From the NCBI GenBank assembly GCA_002633005.1, contig NMRA01000049.1:974011-1038010 (forward strand): 64,000 nt of DNA, written 5' to 3'. Shown piece after piece: positions 34,885-48,100 of this stretch. The notes below the pieces were generated by a model, which was given only the letters and a program-made list of their open reading frames with translations, ran no database searches and had not been told where the DNA came from. The translations under genes were made by a program, and so were the position numbers. Every line of letters begins with the position of its first letter. Position 1 is the stretch's first letter. The stretch comes from Phoronis australis (lineage: Eukaryota; Animalia; Phoronida).

Positions 34885-37800
34885 TTATAAAACTTCCCAG
34901 CAGCTGGACCGAGATACAAAATTAATGATGTTTGAAACATCCTGAATTAATGTCAAAATCAATCCTTTGTGAGGTGAATCAATAGTCTTCACCAGCTGTT
35001 GGCATGGCAACCACGAAGTCGCTTCATCTAGAAGTTTCTTGAGTATACAGCAAACCATCTTGTGATCATAATCACCTCCAGCACCAGATACAAAAGCTTT
35101 CCACTGTTTTCTACAAAAAATGAAAATGTGACAAATTCTTGTATTAACACCTCATTGGCAAGATAGCCAAATCTCAGAGCTGACGGAATTTTTTCTATAG
35201 ATAAATGGCTTACTACAATTTTTTCATTTGAAAATGAAAGGCAATTTGCAGATAACCTTACTCGCCTGGGTCAGTGCCCATGCTCGGCTTACTGCCCACC
35301 GTCCACCCATGGATTTTAATATTACCACTTATTTATATAATCAAGACTTTCATGTAAGTCCTTGTGTCTTTGTGAATATCCGCCTCAGAATTTAAGCTCC
35401 CAAAAAGTATGCAACTCACTTAGCTTTGAGTAAAAATCGGTCATTTTAAGCAAAACTTTGCCTTATACCTGCTTACAGGAAGTCAAAAGAAGATAATACT
35501 CGTCTGCAAAAACCAGTTAAATATTCCCGTGAGCAGTGCTAGGAAGGCTCACAGAATGTTCACAGCCGAAAAGATACACTGTGTATAAATCACGCTACTG
35601 AATTACTGTGTGTGATCACTGCATTCTTAGCAGCACCTTCATTGTGTACAATACACTCAAATACTTGTAGTCAGATGTACATGGGGCTCCCTGGGTGTTG
35701 AAAAACCAATTGACCGTTCGGATTAGTGTTTTCCTAAATTCTCAAAAATTGGTTTTCAAGCGCCTTTTGATTTAATTTTGAGTTCCCAATCTAATCATAC
35801 TTGACGAAGCCTAGAAGAGTATGGCATAACCCGTGAAATGAGCAGTATAAACATTGAACTGCTGTTCAGAATCGCCAACACAAAGACTCGGTTAAAATCT
35901 GGGAAACAATTGAAAGAATGTTACTGCTTTGCACTATTTTAGTACAAGCTTCCAAACTGCAAAATCCACAATTTTCTTTAAGCTCGACGATGAAGCCACA
36001 CCTTTCTCTTCTCTATGCAGTACATGTGAAATTGAAGCTGGTCACAAACAATTATTAACGGATTTTTATGATTTTTGAGCACACACACATCATTTAATGA
36101 CCTGCAAATTTTTCAGTTAGAACTTCATTTTTTTCGTTTTTATGCCAGAATCCAAAGGCACGGAATTTTTGAGACCAGTCTTTAGAACTGACTATATTTC
36201 ATTATTTTCATGCAGAAAATACCATCCAGGAAGTCATGTGTAATGAGGCTGTCATGCATTACACAGCCACACTTGAATCTCACTGTTTTTAACCACAATA
36301 TTGCAATATCTGTCGAGCACTTTTGTAGCCTTGTTTTTGCACCACTGGAGTTTCGCATGCTCTTTGTTGTTGGCGTATTCTTTACAAGTTTTTCTCAGCT
36401 GTATTAAATCCATTTGTCATTCCAATGCCAACAAAGTACTACTACTGTGTTGTGCGCTGCAACCCCTGACGGGAAACAGTTGGACAAATTGAAAAATATC
36501 CATGGAAGTGTGATGTTAAATTCTTCACCTTCCCAACATAAACCAAAGCGAAGAAAATTCGGAGTGAGTGGACAAAGCAAGTTCGTTTGGTTAACTCTGA
36601 ATCAAAACAGAATCCCTTTCCTTCTTTCTTAAAGTTACCTTTTCAATCCCAGTACGTTTAAACGGTTGAAATTGGTAATAATTCCACAGCCATACACCTC
36701 AATGGTTTCAGACATGACCGGTAAACATGGGCACAACATTCCAAAACATGGCTAATTAAAAAACGTGCTTTCTAACCCCAATGACAAAGGAAAGTTCAAC
36801 AGCTGAGTATTCCTAGACGACCCTATTAGGAACAATAACCTGCTATACCGAGAAACCAAAATGAAGGGTTCCACCCTAAAACATGAACCGAGTAATGGTG
36901 GCTTTACATGGTGATTTAAATACTAAAAAATGTAAACAAGAGCAACGCAGAGCATTGAAATGCGCCCACAAATGCTCCGCAAATGGGTGTTTATTTCTAT
37001 CATAAAACTGGCCACTACATGGTATGTTGAATCCATCTGAAAACGGGAACATGTCATTGCTTCTTTAATAGAAAGCTATTTAACAAATTTCATAAAAATC
37101 TGTCGAGGAAATTCAGAGAAACAGAAAAAAACAAAAAAATTGAAATTGCCACTAGGTGGCACAGCATTGGTCGGATGCGTCTGAAAGTCGTTGTCATCGT
37201 CTGTTGTCTACTTCATGCTAATTTCATAAAGATCCTGCAGTGGGTTTAGGAGACACAACTATGGCTGCAAAAAATGCCACTAGGAGGCACCAAAGTAGGC
37301 GAAGTCAGAAAAACATCATCAACTGTCCTCTTCACACTATACATGCTAATTTTCACAAACATCCAAGGGGGGGGTTCGTTTGGTTGATAGAGGGGCGGAC
37401 GCCAAATACAGACAGAGATGACGGCAATATGCACCCACATGTAAGTAGGTGGGCGAATAAAAATTCATGGTTTCAAAATGCCTCTTAACTTCTAAATACA
37501 TACAAGTCATGTGAGTTTGTACACAATATTTGCAAACTTGTCTTCAAGTTCCACGAGAGGCCATTGAAGCTGCATGACAGATCCCTGCAACAAAACAGAA
37601 CAGAAAGGAGGTGAAAAAACTGAATATTTTAACCTGCTTTCTAAAAAGTTCTTTGAGTCCAGCACATATAATATTCTGTTCAAGGGACTTTTAACATCAT
37701 CTGGGAAAGCTCAAGTACAAAATTTACTGTCAACATAAGGCAAGGTTGATTGATGTTGACGTCCATCATTTAATGGTGATAAAACTACCCAGTCTATGAC

Positions 37801-40800
37801 TTTACTAAGGAATGTGAGGGCAAATTAACAATTTACAGGAAATACATTACTACTCACCTATAGAAATTGGAATCCTCAATGAATTTAAGTTTTCGTTTCG
37901 AATCGCTAACCCCAGATTCGAGACATGCTTTCTCTAAGTCAGCTGAAAAGCAAGAACACTGATGTGAGTTAAATCATCCACTTCTTAAACACATGCATAC
38001 TGAAAAGCACAAGATCTGAAAATGCATATTCATTCTGAAAGTGCACTGTTATGTAGAATTACATTGTGCATGACATATGTATGCTGTGCAATGCATTTTC
38101 GAAACGAAAACTCATAGTTGGGCAGCATGATTTATGCTTAACACCAGCTCATTGGAGCATGCTTTCTTAGTAACGAAATTTTAAACAAAACTGTTAACTG
38201 CTTTGTTTTTGTGTGAACATAGCTGCCAGACACTTAGCATGACTAAAGCATACATATGCTTGTCAATCAAAATGTATATGAACAACTTTTCTCAATCATT
38301 AATCACGTGTACATCTTGAAAATCCACCGAGTAAACACTCGGGTAACAACTTAGCTATGCTCAGAAGTTTATACATGCTTACCAGTACATGTACTTGCCT
38401 GAGGTAAAACAAACAACGTTGTGCTCGTTCAGTGGCAGTGTAAACCCGTATTCCAGTAGTAGGGTGTTGTTGTCATGAGGTCCATAGTTAATAAAAACTT
38501 GGTCATGTCTCTTGTATGGAGTGAATGTAACAATCTCATAACAATCGGTATTGGCATTGAAGCCAGCAGATACCTGTAAAAAGTAGATGAACAATTATCA
38601 AAATTTTCCTGCAATTGTTTTAAGACGTTAGGTTTTCTACTTGACTACTTATCACAAATAAACTGGCTTCATTTTTTCTCCCTGTAGGTTATACATGTAC
38701 ATAACATTGGTTTTGGTGAGAAGTATCAGTTCATTATTGTTGAGGAAAGTGGTCATTAAGTTAATCTACAACCTGTTAAATAATAACTAGTAGTTCTTCC
38801 ACACACTCAGAAATCCTTTCTGAATTAGGTTAATTTGACATTGAATCTTTGAACACTGGGTGCTAGTGAGAACCTGGTAAAGACGTGAAGAACCAACACT
38901 GAAAAACACCTATAAAGTTGAAAGAATAGCCCAAACAAAATGGCTTCAGTTCTTAATGCCTCAAGGAACGTAGTACAACTATTTAATCACAAGGAGATAA
39001 ATCTCACACGGGACGTAATTTGAAAAGAATTGTGCAAAAACAAAATTAATTCAACTTTTTGATTAAATGCCAAATTTTTGTGACATGTGTGAGGGGTGAT
39101 AATAATCAGGTACCTGGTCGGCCTACCTGAGCAGCACCTGCACAGCCTACCTGAGCAGCACATGCTGTCTACATGAGCAGTACTTTATCAGCCTACCTGA
39201 GCACAACATGAGTGGTTGAGCAAGTCTAGGAAAGGTGCTAAGGCATAATGATCTTCATCACTAGACAGGTATGGAGACTGGGGTGAACGAAGATACACGG
39301 ATCTAGTATTGACAACACACCAGGCCCATCGGAAAGACTCGTAGGTAAATATTCCTCGAAAGTCAGTAAAATGTTGTTCTATATCTTTCACACATTGCGA
39401 GATTCCCGTAAACTCCATCTTGACTTTATCTACTAGAGAGCAAACCAGTGGTTTTAATCTGACTGGGAGAAGTTCCAAGTCTTCAGACGTGAAGAACAAT
39501 GGGTTTGAAAATGTCTTTGGCAGGACTTGGATGTAAGGATACCAGAATGATTTCTTGCCGAAGTGTCTTTCAGCAATCAAATACAAGCATATCACTTGAA
39601 CAGGGGAGAGTTTCTGTGGCGACCTGTAATATATACACATGTCCAGGAATAGCTAGACAAAAAGAATGGATGGGGCGCAAATATTTTATTAAATACTATT
39701 GATACTCAAAAAGAATTTTCTACTGTCACAGCATGAAAGCTATGTCTTCAGTCACAGTGTGTTGCAGATTAATAACATATATGGTAAAATTTCATCAACT
39801 TTGGACAAAATTATGCTTTTTCATTTTTCATGGGCTTCTAAAATTGTTGTAAATGCTCAGTTTTTCAAAATATTGATGGCAGTACTTGAATATGGTAAGG
39901 CATTAAGTTGGTGAAATGTGTCCTTAAAGGGAAAAATGAGAAAAAATAATTTGTTTGCCACATTGTGTCTTCTAGGTGGAACGTGCACGTTAATTCCTTA
40001 TCTCTATGATTGCTTGGTCAAATTAGTTAGAAACACAACAAGCAACAATGTGAATATAAAGTACGGTGAAAATTTCCAATTGTTTTTAAGAATGAATTTT
40101 ATGTCGAAAATCATTCACCGCAAATCACTCAACTGTGTCCAATAAGTATCATGCCGTGGTGTTGGGGAATAACACTGCACAATACAGGCTATGCAAGCCC
40201 CCAAGGTACATCATTAGTGCAAAGATCACCTATTTGCAGAATTGCAGTTGATACTGAATACAACTGCACTTTGTTTAGTATACGTGATGTTCAAATAGAA
40301 TTGACGTTTAGATCCTGCTATACATTAGCATAGTTAGGAGCATGCAAATACATCTTAAATTAGTGAGATTATACCATAGAAGCACACTACTTGCAAGTAA
40401 TGAGAAAAAAGATTTAAAGATGGGAGCAGACCTCCACCAATTCACACAATGAAACATAGCAGAGAATCACTTCACTTCACAACCCGTCACCTCACCAACC
40501 TTTTGACGAAATTTCCCAGGTAACTCTTCAATGCCATTTCTGTGGTGATCATGAGGTTCTTGGGTAAAGAAACAATAATGTCTCCGTGGTGTAATGCTTG
40601 TGTTGCCATCAGGCCTCTACCAATACCTGGGCACAGATGAAGCATGAGACATGAGTTGTGTGGCAAAAGACAATACTCTAGATGCAACACCCCTGAATGT
40701 AAGCCACAGGACCACCATTTACAGGGTTCCTTTAAATTACTGTTCAAAAACACATTGCTGACACAACAAACTTCAGTTTTTGAAATATCAACCAACAATT

Positions 40801-42514
40801 CAAAGCAGTCTGTCTGTGACAGTTTTTATCAGCTTCGGATGAATTGACATGAACATTAACATTTGTAGTTTAACTGTAAGCTCTAGAATAAAGGGTCACA
40901 AGTCTTGAAACTTTTATTCAACTTCAAACTACTTTTGCTCATTTTTTAAACAAACACTGAAAATGAATGTCTGCCAATGTACATTTCTGATGAAATCAGA
41001 GAAATAACATTCAAGTCAAACATGTGGAGAATTTCTTGCTTACATCGGTGACCGCTGAGATTTCCTTTGCCCTCAGACAACTTTTGTAATGCCTATTCAG
41101 CACGCCCATTGAATTCAAGCTAATGAAGCAGAAAGGTAATTGCTAGCACTAATTTCTCAACAGTGGTGGTTGTTACACGGTATTTGGTTTTCTTTGACAT
41201 TCGCACAGAGTTACAGGCTGAAATGTTGAAAGTAGGGGATTGATGACATTTCAGATATTACAAAATAACTAAAAATGGTAATTTGGGTTCATCTTGACAA
41301 AGGGCCATTTCCCAAACAATCGGTTTTAAATATGTTTCATAACTGTTTTTTTAAATACTCTAGTCTACTTTGTTTTGTTTCCTGTCTGGTTGTTATCTTT
41401 TGATTTTATTTTTAAGAATTATGAAGTGTCAAAACAGTGGTAGATTTTGATCGTAAGTGAAACTTGGAAGACAGCTCTCACCCACTGACCCACCTCATCT
41501 ACTCCTTGGATTTTCTCATTGACTTTGAAGCTAGCCATATTAGTCTTTACAACACGTGTTTCATAAGCAGCTCATTATTGAATAAGTTTCATGGTAAGTG
41601 TGCTATCCCTTGGATAAAGTAGTGCGATATGACAAGGTGATAAGCGCTGTCTTAAAAGCTATTGACATCTAATTTGTTCACCCCGTGTTGTATTTGTCAT
41701 AAATGTAGATAAGTTGTAAACTAAAAGAATGAACCACGTACTATCGTTAAACGTGATCAGTGAACTGTAAATCCTCTGTGTATGTATCAATTTATCAATA
41801 CGCACGTTTTTTTATCTTCAATCTGTAACCAATGTTTGCTGTTTTTAGTTCATCGATATTCAAAAATCAAAAACCATACCATGCCCTTGTTTATTTTTAA
41901 CAGAAATTATTGATTACGCATTCTGGAAATTTGCCAGTATGTACAGGCACAGGATGAATGCTACAGTTTATAGCCGGGCAATTACACTTAATCGGGTCTG
42001 GTTTGCAGTCATCACAATTGTGTCCGACTCTGGCGCTGCGCTATCATTGATCCTGATGAAAGCTGCTCAGAACATGGTTGAATGAGCAGCGGTGAAAATG
42101 ACCACATATCTTTACAAATGCACGTTTTCCGTAAGCAAATTATTCACAGGATGAAACAATTTGCAACAAGCCTTCCGTAACATTTCTAAAATTTTGTTCC
42201 CAAGTTTCCAGTAAGCAAATGGTTAAGTACTTACGAGACGGAATGTTAGAAGCAAAGTTTGTTGTAACATGCATCTACTATACTGATTTTTAAAATACCC
42301 TTGCTTGAAAGAGACCATAACTCAGATCAAATTTTCAAGAGATCTTTCATTACAAACCTGGGAAAATGTGCGATTTCAAACATCTGTTCTTAAACGCATT
42401 ACTTTTCATCCACTTGAGAAGAACAATGTCACTGGAGTCAGGCTCTGTGCTGTTAGTACAAGACTTCTTCGAATTACGTTTGCGAATTCTCCAAGTGCGA
42501 CCATGTTTCACCAT
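34885..42514 (-). CDS. SETD4: SET domain-containing protein 4 (7 coding exons, ~425 aa)
   Basis: Exons 42514-42358 (MVKHGRTWRIRKR..FP), 40626-40500 (GIGRGLMA..), 39623-39197 (WAWCVVNTRSVY..LAPFLDLLNH), 38573-38399 (QVFINYGPHDNNTLLLEYGF; GC donor), 37942-37858, 37584-37504 (GLSWNL), 35110-34885 (TAA). All phases are compatible. Confidence 0.93.
36934..37463 (-). mobile_element. Short complete HINE/Helentron-like element (family A) in SETD4 intron 6
   Basis: Reverse complement of both family ends (AACAAGAGCAACGCAGAGCATTGAAATGCGCCCAC ... GTGGGCGAATAAAAA), with GCCACTAGG(T/A)GGCAC cores at ~37148 and ~37277. Confidence 0.8.
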
Positions 42515-43655
42515 TGCAGAACCATTCAAGACTAGGAACTATGTGATGACCTGCAGAACGATTACAAAGAAGTTTGAATAAAATACTAAGACTCCACTGT
42601 GGCCAACGAATGTGAATGTAGGTGGGCTTTTAACTGGACAAAAATTCAGTGTCAATCAGGAAATAAGCTCCCACTTGTCTAATCATGTTCACACTGAGTT
42701 ACCATTAAACAAATTTCCCCCTTTCAGCCGTGCATCCACACTACACACCCTACACCATGCAACAAATATGACATAATGTCTGCAGGTTTGTGCCCAGACA
42801 ACTTGTGCTGGGGCAAGTTACCCTGCCTTCAGAAAGCAGGGCGAGTTATTACTCGTGTGTCAAGTTGCTCTGTACAGAGTCCAAACTACAACAATGTTAA
42901 ACCTAGATACAGCTCATTCCAGGATTAAGTTGTTCTAGGGCAACTCAGTGTTAAATTTAACTTCCATGAACAAAAATTTTTTCGAAAAAATGTTGATCAT
43001 TTGATTTGCCTGGCAAAATTACACATCCACAACACACATTTAAGAAAAACAAACCCTTGTTTAAAATAGAAATTTATGAATATTTTACATTAGAAAAGCT
43101 TTAATATATATTCAAATAATTGCAAACAAAATAATATCAATGATAGATGGACCCCCTGGTTCCTTTGTTTTTCTTATAACCATTGATTGATCCCTGGTAT
43201 GAGTGGCGTGTATGTGGGTGTGTGCGAGCTCATCTTCATGACTTGACATGTATTGCAATTTTTGGTGAGCTAATAAATTTATTAAAAAATAATAAAATAA
43301 ATTAAAGCTTGTAGTGTTGATGGCACTTTAAAAAGTTCAGGAAAAGTTATACAAAGAAAGTACTGTCTCAACCTAATAAAATGATCACCGACTTTCAAAC
43401 TACCAACTCTCTGACCAACTTTAACTGGCAGATATTATAGTGCACTTCACTTTCTTCTCACGTTGGTTGCTTATCACAAGTAAGTCAATACTATCCGAAA
43501 ATGCAACCTTACAAAAGATGACGACATGTACTGTAAGGAATGAGTGAGTGCCTCTCAACCAGTATAACATGACCATGCAAGGGCATAACAGTGCAATGAA
43601 CATTTAGTGTACACAACACACATTTTCTCTACTTCCATATAGTTATAATTTTAAG

Positions 43656-44130
43656 CATACGCCGGAAGCTTTTCATCAAATTATGCCTCAGACCAACTAA
43701 AACAACAAAGTCACATTGTTATAAATATCTTTTGCGCATAGAGGAACACCTTAGGAAATCGTTGATATATTTAATTCCTTCCAACTCGAACAAATACTCC
43801 AGTAATCAAGCTTTTTATTCAAGCAGTTCCTTGTTCAATTCCCAAAATCCATAACTGGTCATTTTTCCACTGTGAACGCCACGGGATATGACACCATGCC
43901 ACTTGCCACACGCAGTGTTAAAAATGGATATTTTCCGATATTGGGAACTGAACGAGGGACTGCTTGAAGAAAAAGTTTGATAACAGGGGTATTTATTTGA
44001 GTTAGAAGGAATTAAAGACATCGACGGCCTCCTATGGTGTCCCTCTGCACGCAAAAGGTACTTATAACAATGTGACCTTGACTTTTTAATCAGTGCGAGG
44101 CATAATTTGCCAAAAATCTTCCGGTTTATG
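43656..44130. mobile_element. MITE with ~100-bp imperfect terminal inverted repeats
   Basis: CCGGAAG..AAATTATGCCTC..GTCACATTGTTATAA..AGAGGAACACC is mirrored by GGTGTCCCTCT..TTATAACAATGTGAC..GAGGCATAATTT..CTTCCGG. Confidence 0.7.
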
Positions 44131-45143
44131 AAGCTCTTATAGGAGCTTCACCTTCTCTACTAGCCAGCTAGACAATGACCATTGTCTCTACTGGCGGTGT
44201 CAGTAAAGACGGCAGTCATTGTTTATTGGCCAGCAAGAAATGGTGGTCATCTGTCTACATGAGATTGTGCTGTGCCTGTGGTAGCGTCTGTGACCTAACA
44301 GTCCTAACACTCCTACGATGTGTAATTATTTCAAAATGACGCTTCAACGATATGTTTGCTTGCGATAAGGTTAATGTAACAATCCAAGCCAATAATAATC
44401 TTTCAACAAACACAGGTTTGTATAGCATACTCCACTGTGAGAGCTTGTGACACCACTTCTGGTGCCAATCTCTGGTTTAGCCTGCACGATAAACATCTGA
44501 ACGTTTTTTTTTTAACACGCCTAATCACAAGACTAAGCAACAAAATGCTCTTTAGTAGACTGGTTATTACACATAGTTTTGAAGCGCAAGGTAACAAGTT
44601 TGAAAGTTGGAACAAGTCAAGATGATTTTTCCACTAAATCCACTGTGACTATTTTGCCTTGAGTCTCAAGAGAGTTGAGTTAGACTTGTTTGGACTGGAA
44701 AGTGGAGACTCAGAGTCTGATTCACTCTGTCTGATTGGGAAAATAACCTTGAAATTCATTACGATACTAACAATTAACGGATTAGGGTTGCCATCGCATT
44801 TTAAAAAGTTTCTTCATCATGCTTCAAAATAAGCCAAAGCCTCAAACTGGAGTAAGAGTTTTGCAGCAAGAGCAAGGAGAGCTATGCGAGCAAGGCACAA
44901 AACATGTTACATTGTGACACAACAATAGAAATATGAACAAATGTGACTTGATAATAATAGTTATGTTGTATATTTGTTCTTTACATATAGTGTACTGCCA
45001 CTGAAAATTTAGCATTCTCTAAAAAAACAAACTGATAACACTACATGTTTAAGGTAAAATATTTCCAGAAAAATATTTGTATATTAAAAATTGCCGCTTG
45101 GGTCGCTTCTGCTAAACGTGATTTTCTGTGGGCATCCCCGCAA

Positions 45144-45155
45144 TCTTCCTCTTTT
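45144..45155 (+). promoter_or_regulatory. Polypyrimidine TCT initiator / 5'TOP of RPL13A
   Basis: TCTTCCTCTTTT ends 6 nt before the ATG, as is typical of ribosomal protein genes. Confidence 0.8.
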
Positions 45156-45161
45156 ACCAAC

Positions 45162-48100
45162 ATGGGTTTCCAAACGAAGGTTCGTACGAACGAGTCCAAT
45201 AAATATTCAACAATCAATACATTTTTGAGCTTCTCATTTTGGTATATGATTGTAATTAACACTAGAAGACCATGGCTTCTATCTGTCGTGCACAGAGCGT
45301 TGTTAATTACTTATAATACACGGTATTGCAACCTTTTTGTCGGCTTGCTGCAGGTGAACTCGGCGAGCCGATCATGAGCGAGAAGTTGGTGAAATCACTC
45401 AGTATAAGTCAGATGCTGTACTCAGCAGATGCTGTGCTCAGCAGATATGTATGTCTGTGATGGTTATTTACCTACATTGTAAGAAATTACATGTTTAAAC
45501 TACACATTCTGAGACATGCACAATATTTTGAAGTCCTGATTCTGAGAACTCGCTGATTGGTTCCCTGCCTGAATGCTAGACGTCGTTACATCTTCAGGTT
45601 TGGGCTGGTAAAATGGACTCAATTCTTTTAATTATTTTGGGGATGTGGCTTAGTGATACAGGATGTTAAATATCAGTGGGTGCTCATACCTTTGACGTCA
45701 AGCGAAATGGCCAATGAACAGTACAGTTTATTACAAGAGTTTGATAACTTTGCAATAAGATCAGCGACATGCCTGGAGGGTGTGCGTTTTTTGCTTTGTG
45801 GAAGGTCATGCCAGTCTCGTTTGAAGATTGAGCATGCAGCACTCAACACAGTCGAAGATGCCCGCTCGTAAATAAGAGTGATTGCATATTTGCCACTTGT
45901 ATTCCTGGAGTTGGATTTGTAACATGTGGTGACCAAAATGCCAAACATCTCTTCAATGCCCATACGAGTGAGATCAATTCATATTTTACTTTTCCCACTT
46001 GTATTTTCAAGTGTTTTCTCACTTATGTCTAACCCTGCTAAGTAGAGATGGTGGCACTGTCTACCCTGGGATGTGCTCAGTATGTAGCACTGACTTCCAC
46101 TTCATTGGAAATAAAGTCACGACGGGTTTGTGCAATCAATATCAGGCACTGGCTTGAGACGAGACACCTATAGAACATTTGCGGAAGTAAATATTTCGAG
46201 TTGGAATATTTGGCTCAGCTCGCTAGTTGCGACATTTTCCTAGCATAGGATGCTGATTGCTGCAGCTACTTACCATTACTATTACAGTATTGTCCAACAT
46301 GCCCATCATCTTCAATACAGGTGCTTTTATTTAATGCCTGTATTGTATAGATAGCAGTCGTTCATTTTGATAAGTACTAATGAGCACCATTGTTACTTTC
46401 ACTTCACTACATCCATTGTGCTTTGGAATTGGACAAAAATTGTTGACAAAACCTAGACAGCCACATCCAGCTACTGTCAAAATATGTTCAAAGTGTGACT
46501 TTTTATGACTTTGTCTTTGGCAGTAGAAAACCAGATTGTCACTGAATTAATGCCTGACGAGGTGTTCTGCATTTGTGGATTTTTGCTTTCAGCCTCTTGT
46601 TATTGATGCCAGGGGCCATCTACTTGGACGACTGGCTGCCCTGATAGCCAAGACTATTCTTCAAGGACAGCGTGTCGTCGTCGTGCGCTGTGAGGGGATC
46701 AATCTGTCTGGCAGCTTTTTTAGAAACAAATGTGAGTTGGTAGAAAGCGCCTAGAATAGTGATGAAGAGGTGTATTGTGTGGTGTATGGTACAAATCTTG
46801 GGGGTTTGCATTGTTTTGCAAAGTAAATACCTTGCTGTGTCTGAATTGCCATGTTTTTCACCATGACTATGAACCCACCATCTCCCACAGAAAACGGCAA
46901 CTTTTTTATTTGTCCACTTGCCTTTACAAAATTGATGTCAAATTATTCAGTGGTGAAATTGAAGTTAGTTTCAGAGCTTCTTAATTACTGTGTTAGTTAT
47001 TGCTTGAGACATGGCTGGACTGTTGGTATCTGGAATTGGTGAACCAGGAAAAGTAGTGGTTATTTGATTTGCATTTACCCCATGATTTGTAGTTTTTGAA
47101 GTGCACTGGTCAACTTTGCTGTGTGTTGTGTATAACAAGTTAAGTTGTCTAAGTATCTTAACATTTGACAATTAGCTTATAATTATTTAGGTTTGGTTAT
47201 TAATTGCTATGTTGTAATCAGGTTGTATGGTGTTAGTCGCAGCCCTGTTTTAGTAAGTGTTGTTGATCAGAATACCAACATGGTAATAGGTATGATACAG
47301 TCAAGTCTTCACAAATTTTTTGTGAAGTGCAACACTGCATTTTGTCCAATCTTGTCATGGAAACATCAAGAGTGGTTTGTACAAGGACAGTCAGTGATGG
47401 AAATTATCTTACCTACATTGCATGAGTAAATCATGATTTTAACTCAATCTCTGAGACTGCCTTTATTATTGTCTTGCTATGTACGCACAAGTATAATGTG
47501 TGATTCTTGACAGATCACCGTTTTATTTCAGTGAAATACTTGTCTTTCCTGCGCAAGCGTTGTAATGTCAACCCTCGCCGTGGTCCCTTCCACTTCAGGG
47601 CCCCAAGCAAGATTCTTTGGAGGACAATTAGAGGTAACACTGATCTCACAGAGTGCTGGTAATATGTGATGCCTTGACAGACATTTAAATGGCTTCAGGG
47701 ATTAATCTTTATTGTTTCAAGTTGTATATTTTATAGGTAACGAAATGTGATTGGAATTTGCCTTTTGTTTGTGAACATTCTCGTAGTTTCATTAAAAGTT
47801 CAATCTATTTTTACTATGCACAAACTGCCCAGTAAATTGCTAAAAAACAATCCAGAAGTGCGTTGCCTCATGTTGTGGGTGAAAACCCTACAAATCGTTA
47901 AGCATTTGTAAAAGATATGTTTGAAGCTGTTTCACTTGCTGGTGTTGACTCAACATTCTGGGACTCGTTTCATCAAAGTTCGTAATTTTCAGTCATAGCC
48001 AAGAAAGTTTGAAGCACTTAATTCCTAATGCGAGACTGGGTTTCTTTCAGAGCAGAACGTTGCCGTGACCTTTTTTCGTGTTTACTTTTAACAACTGCTT

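Noticed and set aside
46288-46320. AG/GT-bounded 33-nt segment containing an ATG in RPL13A intron 1
   Set aside because: Its ATG is out of phase with exon 2; the TOP-linked MGFQTK exon fits better.
46759-46844. GTGATGA...CTGA pair in RPL13A intron 2
   Set aside because: Weak terminal stem, no recognisable guide or C'/D' boxes, and very close to the donor; the intron already has a good snoRNA.
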